Shown: piece after piece, positions 1 to 10,035 of the stretch
How the letters are laid out: every line of letters starts with the position of its first letter
Position numbering within the stretch: the first letter of the stretch is position 1
Assembly (NCBI GenBank): GCA_039208735.1
Contig: JBCCQY010000020.1
Location: 1-64,000 of the forward strand
Length of the DNA: 64,000 nt
DNA from: Myxococcota bacterium
GTDB taxonomy: Bacteria; Myxococcota_A; UBA796; GCA-2862545
Direction of reading: 5' to 3'
The notes under the pieces: generated by a model
What the model was told of the DNA's origin: nothing
The model's database searches: none
Seen by the model: the letters and a program-made list of their open reading frames with translations, nothing else
Translations under genes and position numbers: made by a program

Positions 1-5
1 ACGGG

Positions 6-323
6 ATGATTCTCAACGACTCGGACGCCACTATCGTGGAGGTTCGAACGTATACTATCGAGGCAAGCGCGGACCTTGCTCCGGAGGATTGCGAAGATCA
101 ACTCCGTGCGCCAGTCGAACCAGGTGGTAGCGGCGAAATTCGTTGGCCCGCGCTAAGAGACGGTGGAGGATGGGACATCGAAGTCGTTCTCGAACCTGGC
201 GGATGCACCTACCGTGGTGCGGTTTGGCCGCACGAGGATTTCGTAGTTCCCGCAGGCGATGATCCCAAGCTTGCAGCTTGGTCTTCCGATTGCCTTTGTG
301 AAGAGCTGTCGATCGGTAAGTAG
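6..323 (+). CDS. hypothetical protein, possibly 5'-truncated at the window edge
   Basis: 105-aa acidic ORF with protein-like composition; no recognised motif. Confidence 0.5.
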   Translation: MILNDSDATIVEVRTYTIEASADLAPEDCEDQLRAPVEPGGSGEIRWPALRDGGGWDIEVVLEPGGCTYRGAVWPHEDFVVPAGDDPKLAAWSSDCLCEELSIGK

Positions 324-668
324 CCATCCCCAGGCTGGAGTTTCTGATTTCAGTGCCTTGACACGACGCGAAGTGAGGGGATGTCACCGATCCCGACCTC
401 GAGCGGATAACGGACCGAATTACGGCATCCTTCGTTAGGTCGTTGTACCGGCCGCAGAAGGCGTGGACGCCTTCGCCGCCGAGTCCATGGCTTGGGCTAG
501 CCCCGGTGGTCGGTTCGGGAGGGAAGTCCCAACCTACCGGTCTTGGAGCACAAGCCAACCTTGCGGGGTCAGGTCCGCCAGCCGAAGGCCGCGGTTCGCG
601 GGCATGGCTTCAGGCCATGACCCGATTCGGATGCCCGCTGCGGCCTGGGTGGTGAGCGCTCGATGGGC

Positions 669-2135
669 TTAAGTAGGGTCGGCCTGGGCCTTTACGTCGA
701 GTCCAAGCTTGGTTTGTAGCCCAAAATTCAGCGCGACCGCGTAGTGGGGAAACCCGGGTCGCCGGGCAGTGAGCAAACAGACTTCTCCCGGTGCGGTTTC
801 AAAGGCGGCGACGGGAACCTGGCCGCGACCGACCGGCTCGGTCACTTCGGATCCGAAGATTTCTTCGAGCTGGGCGAGGTTGGCTTCGCGAGATCGGGTG
901 GGATTCGCCAGCACCACCAGTTGAACGTTCGATCCCTGCCGCGCAAGCAGATCGAGTTCCCAGCGAACGCCCTCGCTGTCGTTCGGACAGATCACCACCA
1001 ACCGCGACGCGTCGACCAACGCAGTCACCACATCCTTCCATCCCTCTCCGGCATTCCGCACAAACACCCGAGCTGCGCCAAACGGTGGATGCGGGTCTCG
1101 GGGATCGCCAATGGCAATCACCGGACCGTAGGGCGAGGCGTGTTCGATCAAGAGTTCGTCGAGGGTTCGGGCGTTGGCGACACCCGGCGCCATGCGCACG
1201 GCGATGCCTCCGCCCCGAGCCCTTAGCCGCACTTGATCCTGGTCGAAGGCACGCAGAAAGACGATGGGGTTGCGGTCGTCCCATTCCTTGACCGCCTGGT
1301 ACCGACGCGTGGCAAGGCGATTTGCGACACCCGTCACGAGGCGGCCAGCCCCGAGGAGCTGGAGCGCGAACCCGATGGCGACCGTGATGAGTATGGCGGT
1401 CTCACCACCACTGACCCCGTCTTCCGCCTGCTGCGCCAGGATGAGGGGCAAAAACAGCATGCCGAATGGACCGAGGCCCACCAGGGCTGCGAGGAGGTAG
1501 GTGCCGGCCAGCGTCTCCGTGCCGCGGCCAAAGGACGCCAAGAACGGGGGTAAGCCCAACATTCGTCGGAGGGTCACCCCATCGAAGCCTGTGGGCGGTC
1601 GCCACCCCTTAATCGCGTTCCAGGCATCGTCTTTGAGCATGAGCATGCGCCCGTAGAGGCGAAAGGCGGCCCAGCAGAAGGTGACGCTTAGCCATCCCGA
1701 GGCCACCATCAGCGCCCATACCCAGCGAGGGCGTCCAGTGTCCTCCGGTGCGATGAGGCCAGTCAGCGCAACCAGCGTAAAGAACGCCATGAAGGGCCCA
1801 AACCAAAAGCAGGTGAACACGACGTAGAACGCTTGCCCGGCCCGCGGAACCCGGTCTTGGACCTGGGCTACGATCATGGCGAGCCCCATCAGCGCGGCGA
1901 AGCCCACGAGTCCCAGGGCCACCGTGCCGGTCCAGATCGACGGCAGCAGCAGGACCCAGAGCACCATGATGCGGCCATCGTCGCTGAGCGTCGGCGCGAC
2001 CACCATGAACGCGATCGTCAATGGTAGCCCCAGGGCCAAGGGGATGGTCCGGCTTGAGGTTTCGATCGATCGAAACAACCTCAGCCGAAGGTACGCCCGT
2101 GCCTCGGCGTTGATGGGTCGAACCGTCCACTGCAT
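669..2135 (-). CDS. multi-pass membrane protein with soluble C-terminal domain
   Basis: About 6 hydrophobic segments, then PIVFLRAFDQD...GPVIAIGDP...SEGVRWEL; start overlaps the stop of the upstream TM2 gene. Confidence 0.75.
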   Translation of the reverse strand: MQWTVRPINAEARAYLRLRLFRSIETSSRTIPLALGLPLTIAFMVVAPTLSDDGRIMVLWVLLLPSIWTGTVALGLVGFAALMGLAMIVAQVQDRVPRAGQAFYVVFTCFWFGPFMAFFTLVALTGLIAPEDTGRPRWVWALMVASGWLSVTFCWAAFRLYGRMLMLKDDAWNAIKGWRPPTGFDGVTLRRMLGLPPFLASFGRGTETLAGTYLLAALVGLGPFGMLFLPLILAQQAEDGVSGGETAILITVAIGFALQLLGAGRLVTGVANRLATRRYQAVKEWDDRNPIVFLRAFDQDQVRLRARGGGIAVRMAPGVANARTLDELLIEHASPYGPVIAIGDPRDPHPPFGAARVFVRNAGEGWKDVVTALVDASRLVVICPNDSEGVRWELDLLARQGSNVQLVVLANPTRSREANLAQLEEIFGSEVTEPVGRGQVPVAAFETAPGEVCLLTARRPGFPHYAVALNFGLQTKLGLDVKAQADPT

Positions 2136-2407
2136 CAGAACCAGCCTCGTCTGTGGACCGCGTAGGCCTCATGAAACGCTTCGTCGCTCATCGTGAGGTA
2201 CCGAACGCCCTCGGCAAAGCCGATGAGCCATGTGAACGGGGCGCCCAGCAGACAACTGCCGAACGTCAGCAGAAGCAGAACGCCCGCACCCCCGTATTGA
2301 CCTACGATGAGCTTGTGAATCCCAAGTGCCCCTACCAGGATGCCGCACAGACCCGCGGCGACCCGCTTCCCGGCAAACTCCGACACCGTCCATGGTGGTT
2401 CGCTCAC
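2135..2407 (-). CDS. TM2 domain protein
   Basis: KRVAAGLCGILVGALGIHKLIVG...EGVRYLTMSDEAF...RRGWF, typical of small TM2 proteins. Confidence 0.85.
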   Translation of the reverse strand: MSEPPWTVSEFAGKRVAAGLCGILVGALGIHKLIVGQYGGAGVLLLLTFGSCLLGAPFTWLIGFAEGVRYLTMSDEAFHEAYAVHRRGWF

Positions 2408-2614
2408 GTCGCTCTCCTCAAAACATCAGCCGAAGGCGTCGGACCACGCGCTCGGGATCGAACGGCACGCGTTGGGCGTCGTAGGACACGCCCTCTCCCC
2501 TGAGTTCGGATTCCTCGTTTGTAGTCAGGAGTGTGCGTCGCGTCAGAGCGCTATTCGCTCATTGTCTCGGTTGTAGAGATCACGAAAGGACGCTTGGCGT
2601 CTATCTTGGAGCCG

Positions 2615-3136
2615 ATGATGACTGCTGTCGAATTGCCAGATGTGTTGCGTCTGCCTCGTGATCAATGGGCAGAGCATCCACACTATCCGAGTCAGGTCCT
2701 TTTGATGGGGTCGCATGAGCACTTTCGGCACACCAGTCGTTCGCTTGTTGAACGCGCGCGCAAAGGTGGGGACATGGCCGCCATCGGCTGGGTGTTTGCG
2801 GCCTGGAAGTCGGCGATGGCGGGGCACGAGCACTACGAAGAAGGCAAGCTGTACCCGTACCTCGAGGCGCGTTGGGGATTGTCGTGCGACGCCCTGCGGG
2901 CCGGCCATCACACGCTTTCCGAACTGGAAGCAGGGGTACATGCCGCCATCGAACGCGAGGACCGTGAGGCGCTTCACGCCACCTTAGGGGCTCATCATGA
3001 CGCATTGATGGAGCACCTGGAGATCGAGGAAACCTTTGTCATTCCAGCGCTGCTTGCGCTTAGCCCCGATGAGTTTCGCCGCTACGCCAACAGCGGCATT
3101 CGTTCGTTGCTCGCCGACCTACATGAACGAGGCTGA
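2615..3136 (+). CDS. hemerythrin/HHE domain protein
   Basis: H...HEHYEEGKLYP...H...HLEIEETFVIP pattern; start placed at ATG 2615. Confidence 0.8.
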   Translation: MMTAVELPDVLRLPRDQWAEHPHYPSQVLLMGSHEHFRHTSRSLVERARKGGDMAAIGWVFAAWKSAMAGHEHYEEGKLYPYLEARWGLSCDALRAGHHTLSELEAGVHAAIEREDREALHATLGAHHDALMEHLEIEETFVIPALLALSPDEFRRYANSGIRSLLADLHERG

Positions 3137-3173
3137 ACCTTCGTGACCCGGATGGCCCTTTCATTGAAATGGG

Positions 3174-5105
3174 TCACGCGAGCCTCGAGGGCACGTCCGC
3201 CTCTGCCGAGTTGAGCAATCCGTCCTGACCTTCGTCGTTCAACAATCGAGCGCTGTTGCCCACGACGAAGAACGCCCCGAGATTGTGGAGGATGGCGCCC
3301 CATAGCGGTGGGATGATGCCCAGACTCGCCAGGCCGACCATGACCACCGAAAAGCCGACGCCCACTGCGGCGTTGGTGGTGGTGGTCCACCGAGTTCGGT
3401 CGGCGAGCTGAACCATCTCGGGCAGTCGGCGCAGGTCTTCGGTCATCAAGGCCACGTCGGCTCCACCGAGGGCGACCTCGTTCATACGAGCGCCAATGGC
3501 AACGCCGACGTCCGCTCCCGACAAAGCCAACGCGTCGTTGACGCCATCACCGACCATCAACACCACCCGACCGGTGGCCTGCTCCTTTCGCACGATGTCG
3601 AGCTTGCCCTCTGGCAAGACTTCGGCCACCACTTCATCCACCCCGAGCTGGGCGCCGACCTCCGCCGCGACCTCCTGGCGGTCTCCGGTGAGCAAGACGG
3701 TTCGGTCGAGCCCCAGTTCACGCATCGCGGCTACGACCTCCGGGCCTTCCGGCCTCGGTTGGTCGTAAAGGTCGATTCGGGCGATCAGCGTGTCGTCCCT
3801 CGCGACCCAAGCGCCGCTCCCCTCGCCTTGTATGGTACCGGTCACGCCGAGGGCGCGAAGCCAGTCCAGGTTGCCGAGCCGGATGATGTGGTTGCCAAGT
3901 TGCGCCTCCACGCCTTTCCCAGCGTGTTCGGTGGTTTCTAAGGCGCGAGGGATCGTGAGGGCTTGGGCTTCCGCGGCCGCCACGACTGCGCGCGATACGG
4001 GATGCAGCGAGCCTTGACCCGCGGCCGCTGCGAGGCGTAGGGCTTCGTCGGGGGCCACGTCAGACACGCGAATCTGGCGCACCACTTGGCGCCCCAGCGT
4101 CACGGTGCCGGTCTTGTCGAGAATCAAGGTGTCGACGTGAGCGATGCGCTCGAGGAATGCGGCACTCTTGACCAAGATCGAGCGTCGGGTGGCCACCGTC
4201 ATTGCGGCAACCATCGCGGCAGGGCCAGCGAGGACCAGCGCGGTGGGGGTGCTCACGACGAGGATGGCGATGGCACGTTCCACGTCTTCGGTCCAAAACC
4301 AGACGGTGGCGGCTATCGCAAGCACCACGGGAAGGTAGGCGGCGCCGTAGCGTTCAAGCAGACGTAGTGCGGGGGTCTTTGATGCTTCCACTTCCCGAAG
4401 CAAATCCACCACCCGACCGAGCACGGTGGCTTCGCCGACACGCTCCACAGAGACTTCGAGCAAACCGTCGAGATTGAGGGTACCCGCGAACACCGAGCTT
4501 CCCACCGTTACCGTCTCGTAGCGGGACTCGCCGGTCACTGGGGACTGGTCGACCGAGGACCGTCCGACCTGTACGGTGCCGTCGACGGGCAACAGGTCAC
4601 CGGGTCTGACGACCACGACGTCGCCAACGCCAATCGCCGATAGCGCGACCTCCTCCTCCCCATCGTCGACCCGCCGACGAGCCGTGTGAGCCCGCAGCCC
4701 ACGAATGCCTTCGATGGCCGCTTGGGCGCCGAGGGCACTTCGTTCCTCGAACAGTCGACCCACCTCGAGCAACACCGGCACGAGGGTGGCGGTGATGAAT
4801 TGGCCGGACGCCATTGCCGCGAGAACCGCGAGTGCGACGAGCTGATCGGTATGGTCGAGGGCGGTCGGACGCGCCAGCCCCCGCGCTGCGCGAATCCACA
4901 CCGGCGTGGCCACCACGATCGCGGCCAGCGCTTGCACGATCGCTGCGACTTGGGCCTGGCTCGGGGACCAGACCGCCATCCCTACCCCGACGGTAAGGAG
5001 TCCCAGGCCGACCAGGTCTGCGCCGAGGCGTACCGAGATTCGTCGGCCTTCCTCTGGAGTCAGGGGAACCTCGAGCAAAGTCGACCAGTTTGAAGAGGTG
5101 CTCAT
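3174..5105 (-). CDS. P1B-type (heavy-metal) P-type ATPase with atypical STPTA transmembrane motif
   Basis: TGES, DKTGT, HP, TGD and MVGDGVND motifs; VVSTPTALVLAGP at the CPC position; late-TM HN motif; no N-terminal metal-binding domain. Confidence 0.95.
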   Translation of the reverse strand: MSTSSNWSTLLEVPLTPEEGRRISVRLGADLVGLGLLTVGVGMAVWSPSQAQVAAIVQALAAIVVATPVWIRAARGLARPTALDHTDQLVALAVLAAMASGQFITATLVPVLLEVGRLFEERSALGAQAAIEGIRGLRAHTARRRVDDGEEEVALSAIGVGDVVVVRPGDLLPVDGTVQVGRSSVDQSPVTGESRYETVTVGSSVFAGTLNLDGLLEVSVERVGEATVLGRVVDLLREVEASKTPALRLLERYGAAYLPVVLAIAATVWFWTEDVERAIAILVVSTPTALVLAGPAAMVAAMTVATRRSILVKSAAFLERIAHVDTLILDKTGTVTLGRQVVRQIRVSDVAPDEALRLAAAAGQGSLHPVSRAVVAAAEAQALTIPRALETTEHAGKGVEAQLGNHIIRLGNLDWLRALGVTGTIQGEGSGAWVARDDTLIARIDLYDQPRPEGPEVVAAMRELGLDRTVLLTGDRQEVAAEVGAQLGVDEVVAEVLPEGKLDIVRKEQATGRVVLMVGDGVNDALALSGADVGVAIGARMNEVALGGADVALMTEDLRRLPEMVQLADRTRWTTTTNAAVGVGFSVVMVGLASLGIIPPLWGAILHNLGAFFVVGNSARLLNDEGQDGLLNSAEADVPSRLA

Positions 5106-6115
5106 TTGACCGTGATCCGAAACCCGCTGTAGCGGGAGCCCACTGGGGGTGGAATGAACTGCACTTCACCGGCTCGTTGGAGGGACTTTCCGATCCGCTC
5201 ACGGTACAGACGCTCGCGTGCGACGCGCGGATTCTGTTGGACTTCGAGCGCCAACGCGCGGAAGGCGTCGGCCTCCCCTCGAGCTGCCGCGGTCACCGAT
5301 GCCGCATCGGCCTTCGCGTCGCTAATCAGCTTCTCGCGCCAGCTCTGGGCGGCAGGGAGCGTCTGCGCCTCGACCTCGCGGGCCTCCTGCAACAACGTTT
5401 CCGCGTAGATGGCCGCGCTCTGGACCTCTGCGAACTCGTCCTTCACCTGGGGCGGAGGGGAGAGATCGATCAGTTCGATGCTCACCAATGACAGCCCCAC
5501 GCCGAGAGCATCGAGCCGGGTCTGCGCGGCTTCGAGGACGGTGTCGCCCAAGTCGGCTCGAGCGTCCGTCAGAACGGAGTCGACGTTGCGGGCGCCGATC
5601 GCCCGGCCCATTTCGTCGACCACGATCGTACCGAGGACCTCTTCGGGTTCCGTGACGCCGAACGTGTAGGCGACGGGGTCCTGAATCTGGTACCGGGCGA
5701 TCATGGCCGCGTGGATGAGGTTGCGGTCGCCGGTCACCGCGTACCCGACCTTGCGCGGATCCACGCCGGGACCGTCTGACCGGATGTCCGTCGGGGAGGC
5801 CGGGTAGTGCAGGTTGCGAAGCTCCACCTCGAACACCTTACGGACAGGGACTCGAATCACCTCTCCGAGGGGGCGTGGGGGCACCATCAATAGGCCTGGC
5901 TCATGCACCGCCTGGGCCGTGCCAGCGTTGACCAGGGCCCCGAAACGAAGGATGAGCGCCACCTCGTCGGCGCGGACGATGGTGATGCCTGACACCAGCC
6001 ATGCCGAGAACAACAAGCCCAGCCAGACCGGAAGCAGACGAAAGAGCCGGTTGGCGATGGGCTCAAGCGGCGCCATCAACCGTTGAAACTCCGTCGGGGA
6101 GCCGCGGCGCCTCAT
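5102..6115 (-). CDS. SPFH/HflK-like protein
   Basis: N-terminal TM, LRFG, VTGDRNLIH, LSPPPQVKDEF, ARGEADAF coiled coil. Confidence 0.9.
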   Translation of the reverse strand: MRRRGSPTEFQRLMAPLEPIANRLFRLLPVWLGLLFSAWLVSGITIVRADEVALILRFGALVNAGTAQAVHEPGLLMVPPRPLGEVIRVPVRKVFEVELRNLHYPASPTDIRSDGPGVDPRKVGYAVTGDRNLIHAAMIARYQIQDPVAYTFGVTEPEEVLGTIVVDEMGRAIGARNVDSVLTDARADLGDTVLEAAQTRLDALGVGLSLVSIELIDLSPPPQVKDEFAEVQSAAIYAETLLQEAREVEAQTLPAAQSWREKLISDAKADAASVTAAARGEADAFRALALEVQQNPRVARERLYRERIGKSLQRAGEVQFIPPPVGSRYSGFRITVK

Positions 6116-7011
6116 TGGGAACGTTCCAACAGTCGGAAGGGTTCACTGTCGGTCCGCAGGATGACCGTCGTCTGGTCTCCGACGACCTCGTCGATCGTCT
6201 CGAGGGAACGGAGAAACCGGTAGAGTTCAGGGTCGACGTTGTGGGCTTCGGCGTAGATTCGAGCGGCCTCGGCTTCGGCTTGGCCCTGGATCTTGGCCGC
6301 CTCCTCGGCCCCTTCCGCTCGTATGCGAGCGGCTTCCAAGTTGGCCGCCGACTTGATCTCGGCCGCCCGTCGTTCGCCCTCGGCCGTAAACTCGGCGGCG
6401 AACTGGCGGCGTTCGGCACGCATCTGTTCGAACACACTCGCCGTGTTTTCTTCAGGCAGCGATACCCGTTCGAATGCCACACGTTCAATCGTGACGCCGT
6501 AGCGCTCGGATGCGAGGCCCACCGTCTTATCGAGGAGTTCGTCTTGGATGGTGTCAAGCCGCAAGGTAGCCGGATCGGTCGAGACAATGGCCGAAAGATC
6601 GTAGCGACCCAGTACACCGATCGCTGCGTTCGTAATCAGGCCGTCGAGCTTAACTTCGGCAGATTCCACCGAACCAACCGCTTGGTGGAACAGCAGCGGG
6701 TCCGTGACTTTCCACACCGCATACGACAGCATCACAATGTTCTTCTTGTCGCGCGTGAGCATTTCGCTGTAGCCGCCTCGAAACACTCGACGTCGGAGGT
6801 CGATGGGGACCGCTTCATCGATGGGCCATGGAAGCTTCCAGTGCAGCCCCGCGTCCTGCATCACCGCCAAGGGGCGGCCCACCCGGGTCACGAGTGCGGC
6901 TTGGCCTTCTCGTACAACAAATGTGGTCGCGGACAACACGAGGACGAGCACGGCCACGATTCCTACGAAGAGCCTCACGCGATGAGGCCACCCGGTCACC
7001 TGAGCATCCAC
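6112..7011 (-). CDS. SPFH/HflC-like protein
   Basis: AGLHWKLPWP, MLTRDKK, VFEQMRAER, GQAEAEAARIYAEA, LYRFLRSLE. Confidence 0.9.
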   Translation of the reverse strand: MDAQVTGWPHRVRLFVGIVAVLVLVLSATTFVVREGQAALVTRVGRPLAVMQDAGLHWKLPWPIDEAVPIDLRRRVFRGGYSEMLTRDKKNIVMLSYAVWKVTDPLLFHQAVGSVESAEVKLDGLITNAAIGVLGRYDLSAIVSTDPATLRLDTIQDELLDKTVGLASERYGVTIERVAFERVSLPEENTASVFEQMRAERRQFAAEFTAEGERRAAEIKSAANLEAARIRAEGAEEAAKIQGQAEAEAARIYAEAHNVDPELYRFLRSLETIDEVVGDQTTVILRTDSEPFRLLERSQ

Positions 7012-8678
7012 AACTCGCCTCCCTGAGCTTCGAATCGCCGGTCCAAAATAGTGAGTTCGCGAAACGCTAGATTTGCCTGGAGAGTCTGCATCCGGCGTCG
7101 GTACCGAAACAACGCTGGAGCGGCCCGATACCGATCGACCAATGCCCGAAACGCCTCCGCTTCGCCGATGGCTTCGGCCAGACGGGTTGCTTCGGCCGCT
7201 CGAGCCTCATCAACGGCGAGTTGGGCGTTCGCTTTTGCTTTGGGCACGCGTTGCAGTCGCTCCGCCTGGGCCCGGATCACAGAAGTCTTCTGCTTGATTT
7301 GGGCGCTAACCACGGCTTGGTAGTCCAAAGCAACCGCAAACGGAGGATGAAGACCCTTCAGCGTAAAGGACACCGGTTCGAGGCCAAGGTCGAGTTCGGT
7401 GGCGCGTTTGCGGATATCCGCCACCACCTCGTCTGCGAACACGGACAAGTTTTCAGAAAGCACGGCGTCGAGGGACCGCCCCACCGTGCGGCGGGTGAGA
7501 GCCTCGTAAGCGGCCGCCCGCAGTCCTTCCTCGGGGTTCTGCGCTCCGTAGAGGTACGTGTAGGGGTCCGAGACGCGGTAGTGGAGCAAACCATCCAGCG
7601 TGACCAGGTCGCGGCCATTGCCGAGGAGCAAGGTGTATTCTTCGTCGGCGTGCATCCGGGCCCAAAGCGTATTCTCCGGGCCCTCGTGGTGCTCCTCACC
7701 CTCTTCTTCTTCTTCTTCCTCTTCGCCGTGCTCGGCTCCGATCATCATCGTGATGACCCGACGGACGGGCACGCGTCGCAGTCTGTCGAGCGGCCACGGC
7801 GCAACGACATGTAGGCCCGGTCCCAGGGGTTGAACCGATACGGGCTGACCGAGGCGCTCGTGGATGGCGACTTCTTCTGGTCCCACCTGGACGAGGCCGG
7901 TGCATAGCCATCCCAGCACCGCCACGCCGACCGCCATGGGCTCGACCGCGGCGCGTAGGAATTGGATGGCCCAAGTGGTGCGCAGATCGACGCCGAGGTT
8001 CATCTGCACCGCATCGCCCACGCTTGCGAGGGGGTTCCAGCGGCGAAAGAACCAACGCAGGACAAGGGGATCGATGCCGCGCAGTGGGGCGGTTGGCGGA
8101 TTCAGTTGCCATGAATTCACCAGGATTTCGACACCCATGCCCACCACGAGCAAATGCATGATCCGCGCAACGGTATTGACCGCCCACGGTTGGGCCCAGC
8201 CGGCCATCTCGAGTACGGCTTCGACCGCCACGAGGCCCACCGCCCATAAGGTGAGGCGCGTCCAACGCTGGAGTGCTTCGCCCTCCGGTAATTCGTCGGT
8301 GCCCGCTGCATATCGGCCACCGACGTACGCGGCCAAGCCGCCCACCCCAATGAGGAGCCACCATGGTCCCGGGAGCGCCCCGTTCGAAAGCGGGGGGGTC
8401 AACAGGCCCCATAGACCACCGAGAATCGCGACAAAGCCTGACCAAGCCTCGAGTGAACTCGCGAGGCCCTTGGGGCGTTCCGGATCGTCGGCGGCGTGGG
8501 ACACGGCGGCCGTCACGCGCGCAAGGGCGAACGTATGAAGTGCCGCGACGAGACCCACGAGCGCCCATGTCGGCCGCACGAACGACAGCCCTAGCAACAG
8601 TCCGGTTAGCGCAAGGGCCCCCAACGGAAACCCGAGCAGGGTGAGGATGCCGCGTAGACCAAGAGGGAGCGGGGTCAT
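6996..8678 (-). CDS. multi-TM membrane domain fused to HflK-like SPFH domain, with a His/Glu-rich loop
   Basis: About 7 TM segments, then PGLHVVAPWP, GLHPP, AIGEAEAF; insert EHGEEEEEEEEGEEHHEG. Confidence 0.85.
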   Translation of the reverse strand: MTPLPLGLRGILTLLGFPLGALALTGLLLGLSFVRPTWALVGLVAALHTFALARVTAAVSHAADDPERPKGLASSLEAWSGFVAILGGLWGLLTPPLSNGALPGPWWLLIGVGGLAAYVGGRYAAGTDELPEGEALQRWTRLTLWAVGLVAVEAVLEMAGWAQPWAVNTVARIMHLLVVGMGVEILVNSWQLNPPTAPLRGIDPLVLRWFFRRWNPLASVGDAVQMNLGVDLRTTWAIQFLRAAVEPMAVGVAVLGWLCTGLVQVGPEEVAIHERLGQPVSVQPLGPGLHVVAPWPLDRLRRVPVRRVITMMIGAEHGEEEEEEEEGEEHHEGPENTLWARMHADEEYTLLLGNGRDLVTLDGLLHYRVSDPYTYLYGAQNPEEGLRAAAYEALTRRTVGRSLDAVLSENLSVFADEVVADIRKRATELDLGLEPVSFTLKGLHPPFAVALDYQAVVSAQIKQKTSVIRAQAERLQRVPKAKANAQLAVDEARAAEATRLAEAIGEAEAFRALVDRYRAAPALFRYRRRMQTLQANLAFRELTILDRRFEAQGGELWMLR

Positions 8679-9739
8679 GGCGCGCCGCCTTTACCGATGG
8701 CCAACGGATAGCCTTGCGCTGCCCAGTGCAAGACGCCCTCATCAAGGATTCGGGCTGCCGCAAAACCGTGCTCCTTCAGGGCGTCGACGACCCTTCCGGA
8801 TGCCGCGTGCGGGCAGGCGCAGTAGGCAACGATGGGCGTGCCATCTGTAGGAAGATGCTGTCGAATCGCATCGACGCCATCGTAAAACGGAACCGGAAGC
8901 GCTCCTGGAAGGTGGGAGCGTTGCCAGTCGGACATGGGGCGCGCGTCTAGGAGCACAATTCGTTCTCCCCGTTTGAGGGCCAAGGCCACGCTCGCGGCGC
9001 TGACAAAGCGATCCTCGCGGTGGTCGAGTTGGGCTGGCGGGGCATTGGGATGAAGCACGGCATCCGCGGGTTCCGGAGGGCGCACGCGAACGGGGGGTGG
9101 CGCGTCCCATCCCACGGACCGCGAGCGTAGGAATGCGACTACCCCGTTGACTTCGTCTTCGCTCAAACGGTCGGCGAACCCAAGCATCGGCGTTCCGCTC
9201 CGGCCATGAACGACCGTATGTCGGATGAACGTGTCGCTCGCGGTTGCGAGAAATACTTGGTTGGCCAGGGCCGTTCCCGTGCCACCGGCTCCGTCTTCCC
9301 CATGGCAAGCGGCGCAATGCGATTGGTAGACGGCGGCGCCGAGTTCTGGATTGCCCTCGATCGTGGCGTCCTCGACGGGTTCGCGCGGCACGTCTGACGC
9401 ATCGAGGAGCCACTCGTACAACGTCCGTTGGTTGTCCTGCGTCAACGGGCCGCCCTGTTGCTCGGCGAAAGCCGCCATGGCGGTCCCAGGTCGACCATAA
9501 GAAATGGCTGTCCACAAGTACCCTTGAGGTGCGGCCCCCAACAGTTCGGGAGAGCGCAACGAGGGTGCGTAGTCGGCCGCATATCCCTCGCGGTCTTCGC
9601 CGTGACAGAGGGCGCAATAGCGGGCGTAGAGTCGTGCTCCTTCCTCGATGACTGGCGCTTCGGAAGGATTGGCCAGTTGAGGGGGTTTGTTGCACGCTCC
9701 GGCCAATAAGCACAGGAAGCTCAACAAGAACGGCTTCAT
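8675..9739 (-). CDS. diheme cytochrome c - rhodanese fusion lipoprotein
   Basis: Lipobox LAGAC; CALCH and CAACH heme motifs, each followed by a GT(A/P)M distal Met; LDARP...HLPGA...YCACPH rhodanese domain; start placed at ATG 9739. Confidence 0.9.
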   Translation of the reverse strand: MKPFLLSFLCLLAGACNKPPQLANPSEAPVIEEGARLYARYCALCHGEDREGYAADYAPSLRSPELLGAAPQGYLWTAISYGRPGTAMAAFAEQQGGPLTQDNQRTLYEWLLDASDVPREPVEDATIEGNPELGAAVYQSHCAACHGEDGAGGTGTALANQVFLATASDTFIRHTVVHGRSGTPMLGFADRLSEDEVNGVVAFLRSRSVGWDAPPPVRVRPPEPADAVLHPNAPPAQLDHREDRFVSAASVALALKRGERIVLLDARPMSDWQRSHLPGALPVPFYDGVDAIRQHLPTDGTPIVAYCACPHAASGRVVDALKEHGFAAARILDEGVLHWAAQGYPLAIGKGGAP

Positions 9740-9749
9740 AAGCCCTTCG

Positions 9750-9998
9750 TCAGTCATTTGGTTGAGGCCAGGGGAACGGGTGAGGCAACTCACCCCGTCG
9801 GTCGGGGTTTGCAAGCTCGTCTTCGTCGAGCAGGCAGCCTTCGAGGCGATTGCGAAGCGTGGATGCGTCATTATCGAGGCAGACAAATGCGATCTCTTGG
9901 GTCCGGTCTCCGTAGGCCGGGTACCACCCTTTGAACGTCCTGGTGTGACCTCCGACGGTGTCCAGGTTGCCCCGTGCCGTGACGGGCAGCTGCGACAT
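9750..9998 (-). pseudogene. internally deleted COG0523 (CobW/ZigA/YciC) zinc-chaperone GTPase remnant
   Basis: GAGGAGG RBS; N-terminus MSQLPVT resembles family starts (LPVTVLSGFLGAGKT) but has no P-loop; continues into a CobW_C-like tail W.PAYGDRTQEIAFV...LEGCLL...LPHPFPW. Confidence 0.7.
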
Positions 9999-10035
9999 CG
10001 ACCCTCCTCGCGAACGAACTAGTGTCGCCGAGGTT

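Noticed and set aside
324..668. ncRNA (SRP-like GTCAGGTCCG) and hairpins
   Set aside because: The rest of the SRP motif (GAAGGAAGCAG) is absent, and short stems are expected at this GC content.
2615..3136. Hemerythrin as the split domain of a P1B-5 ATPase
   Set aside because: It is on the opposite strand, and the ATPase lacks the PCP motif of P1B-5.
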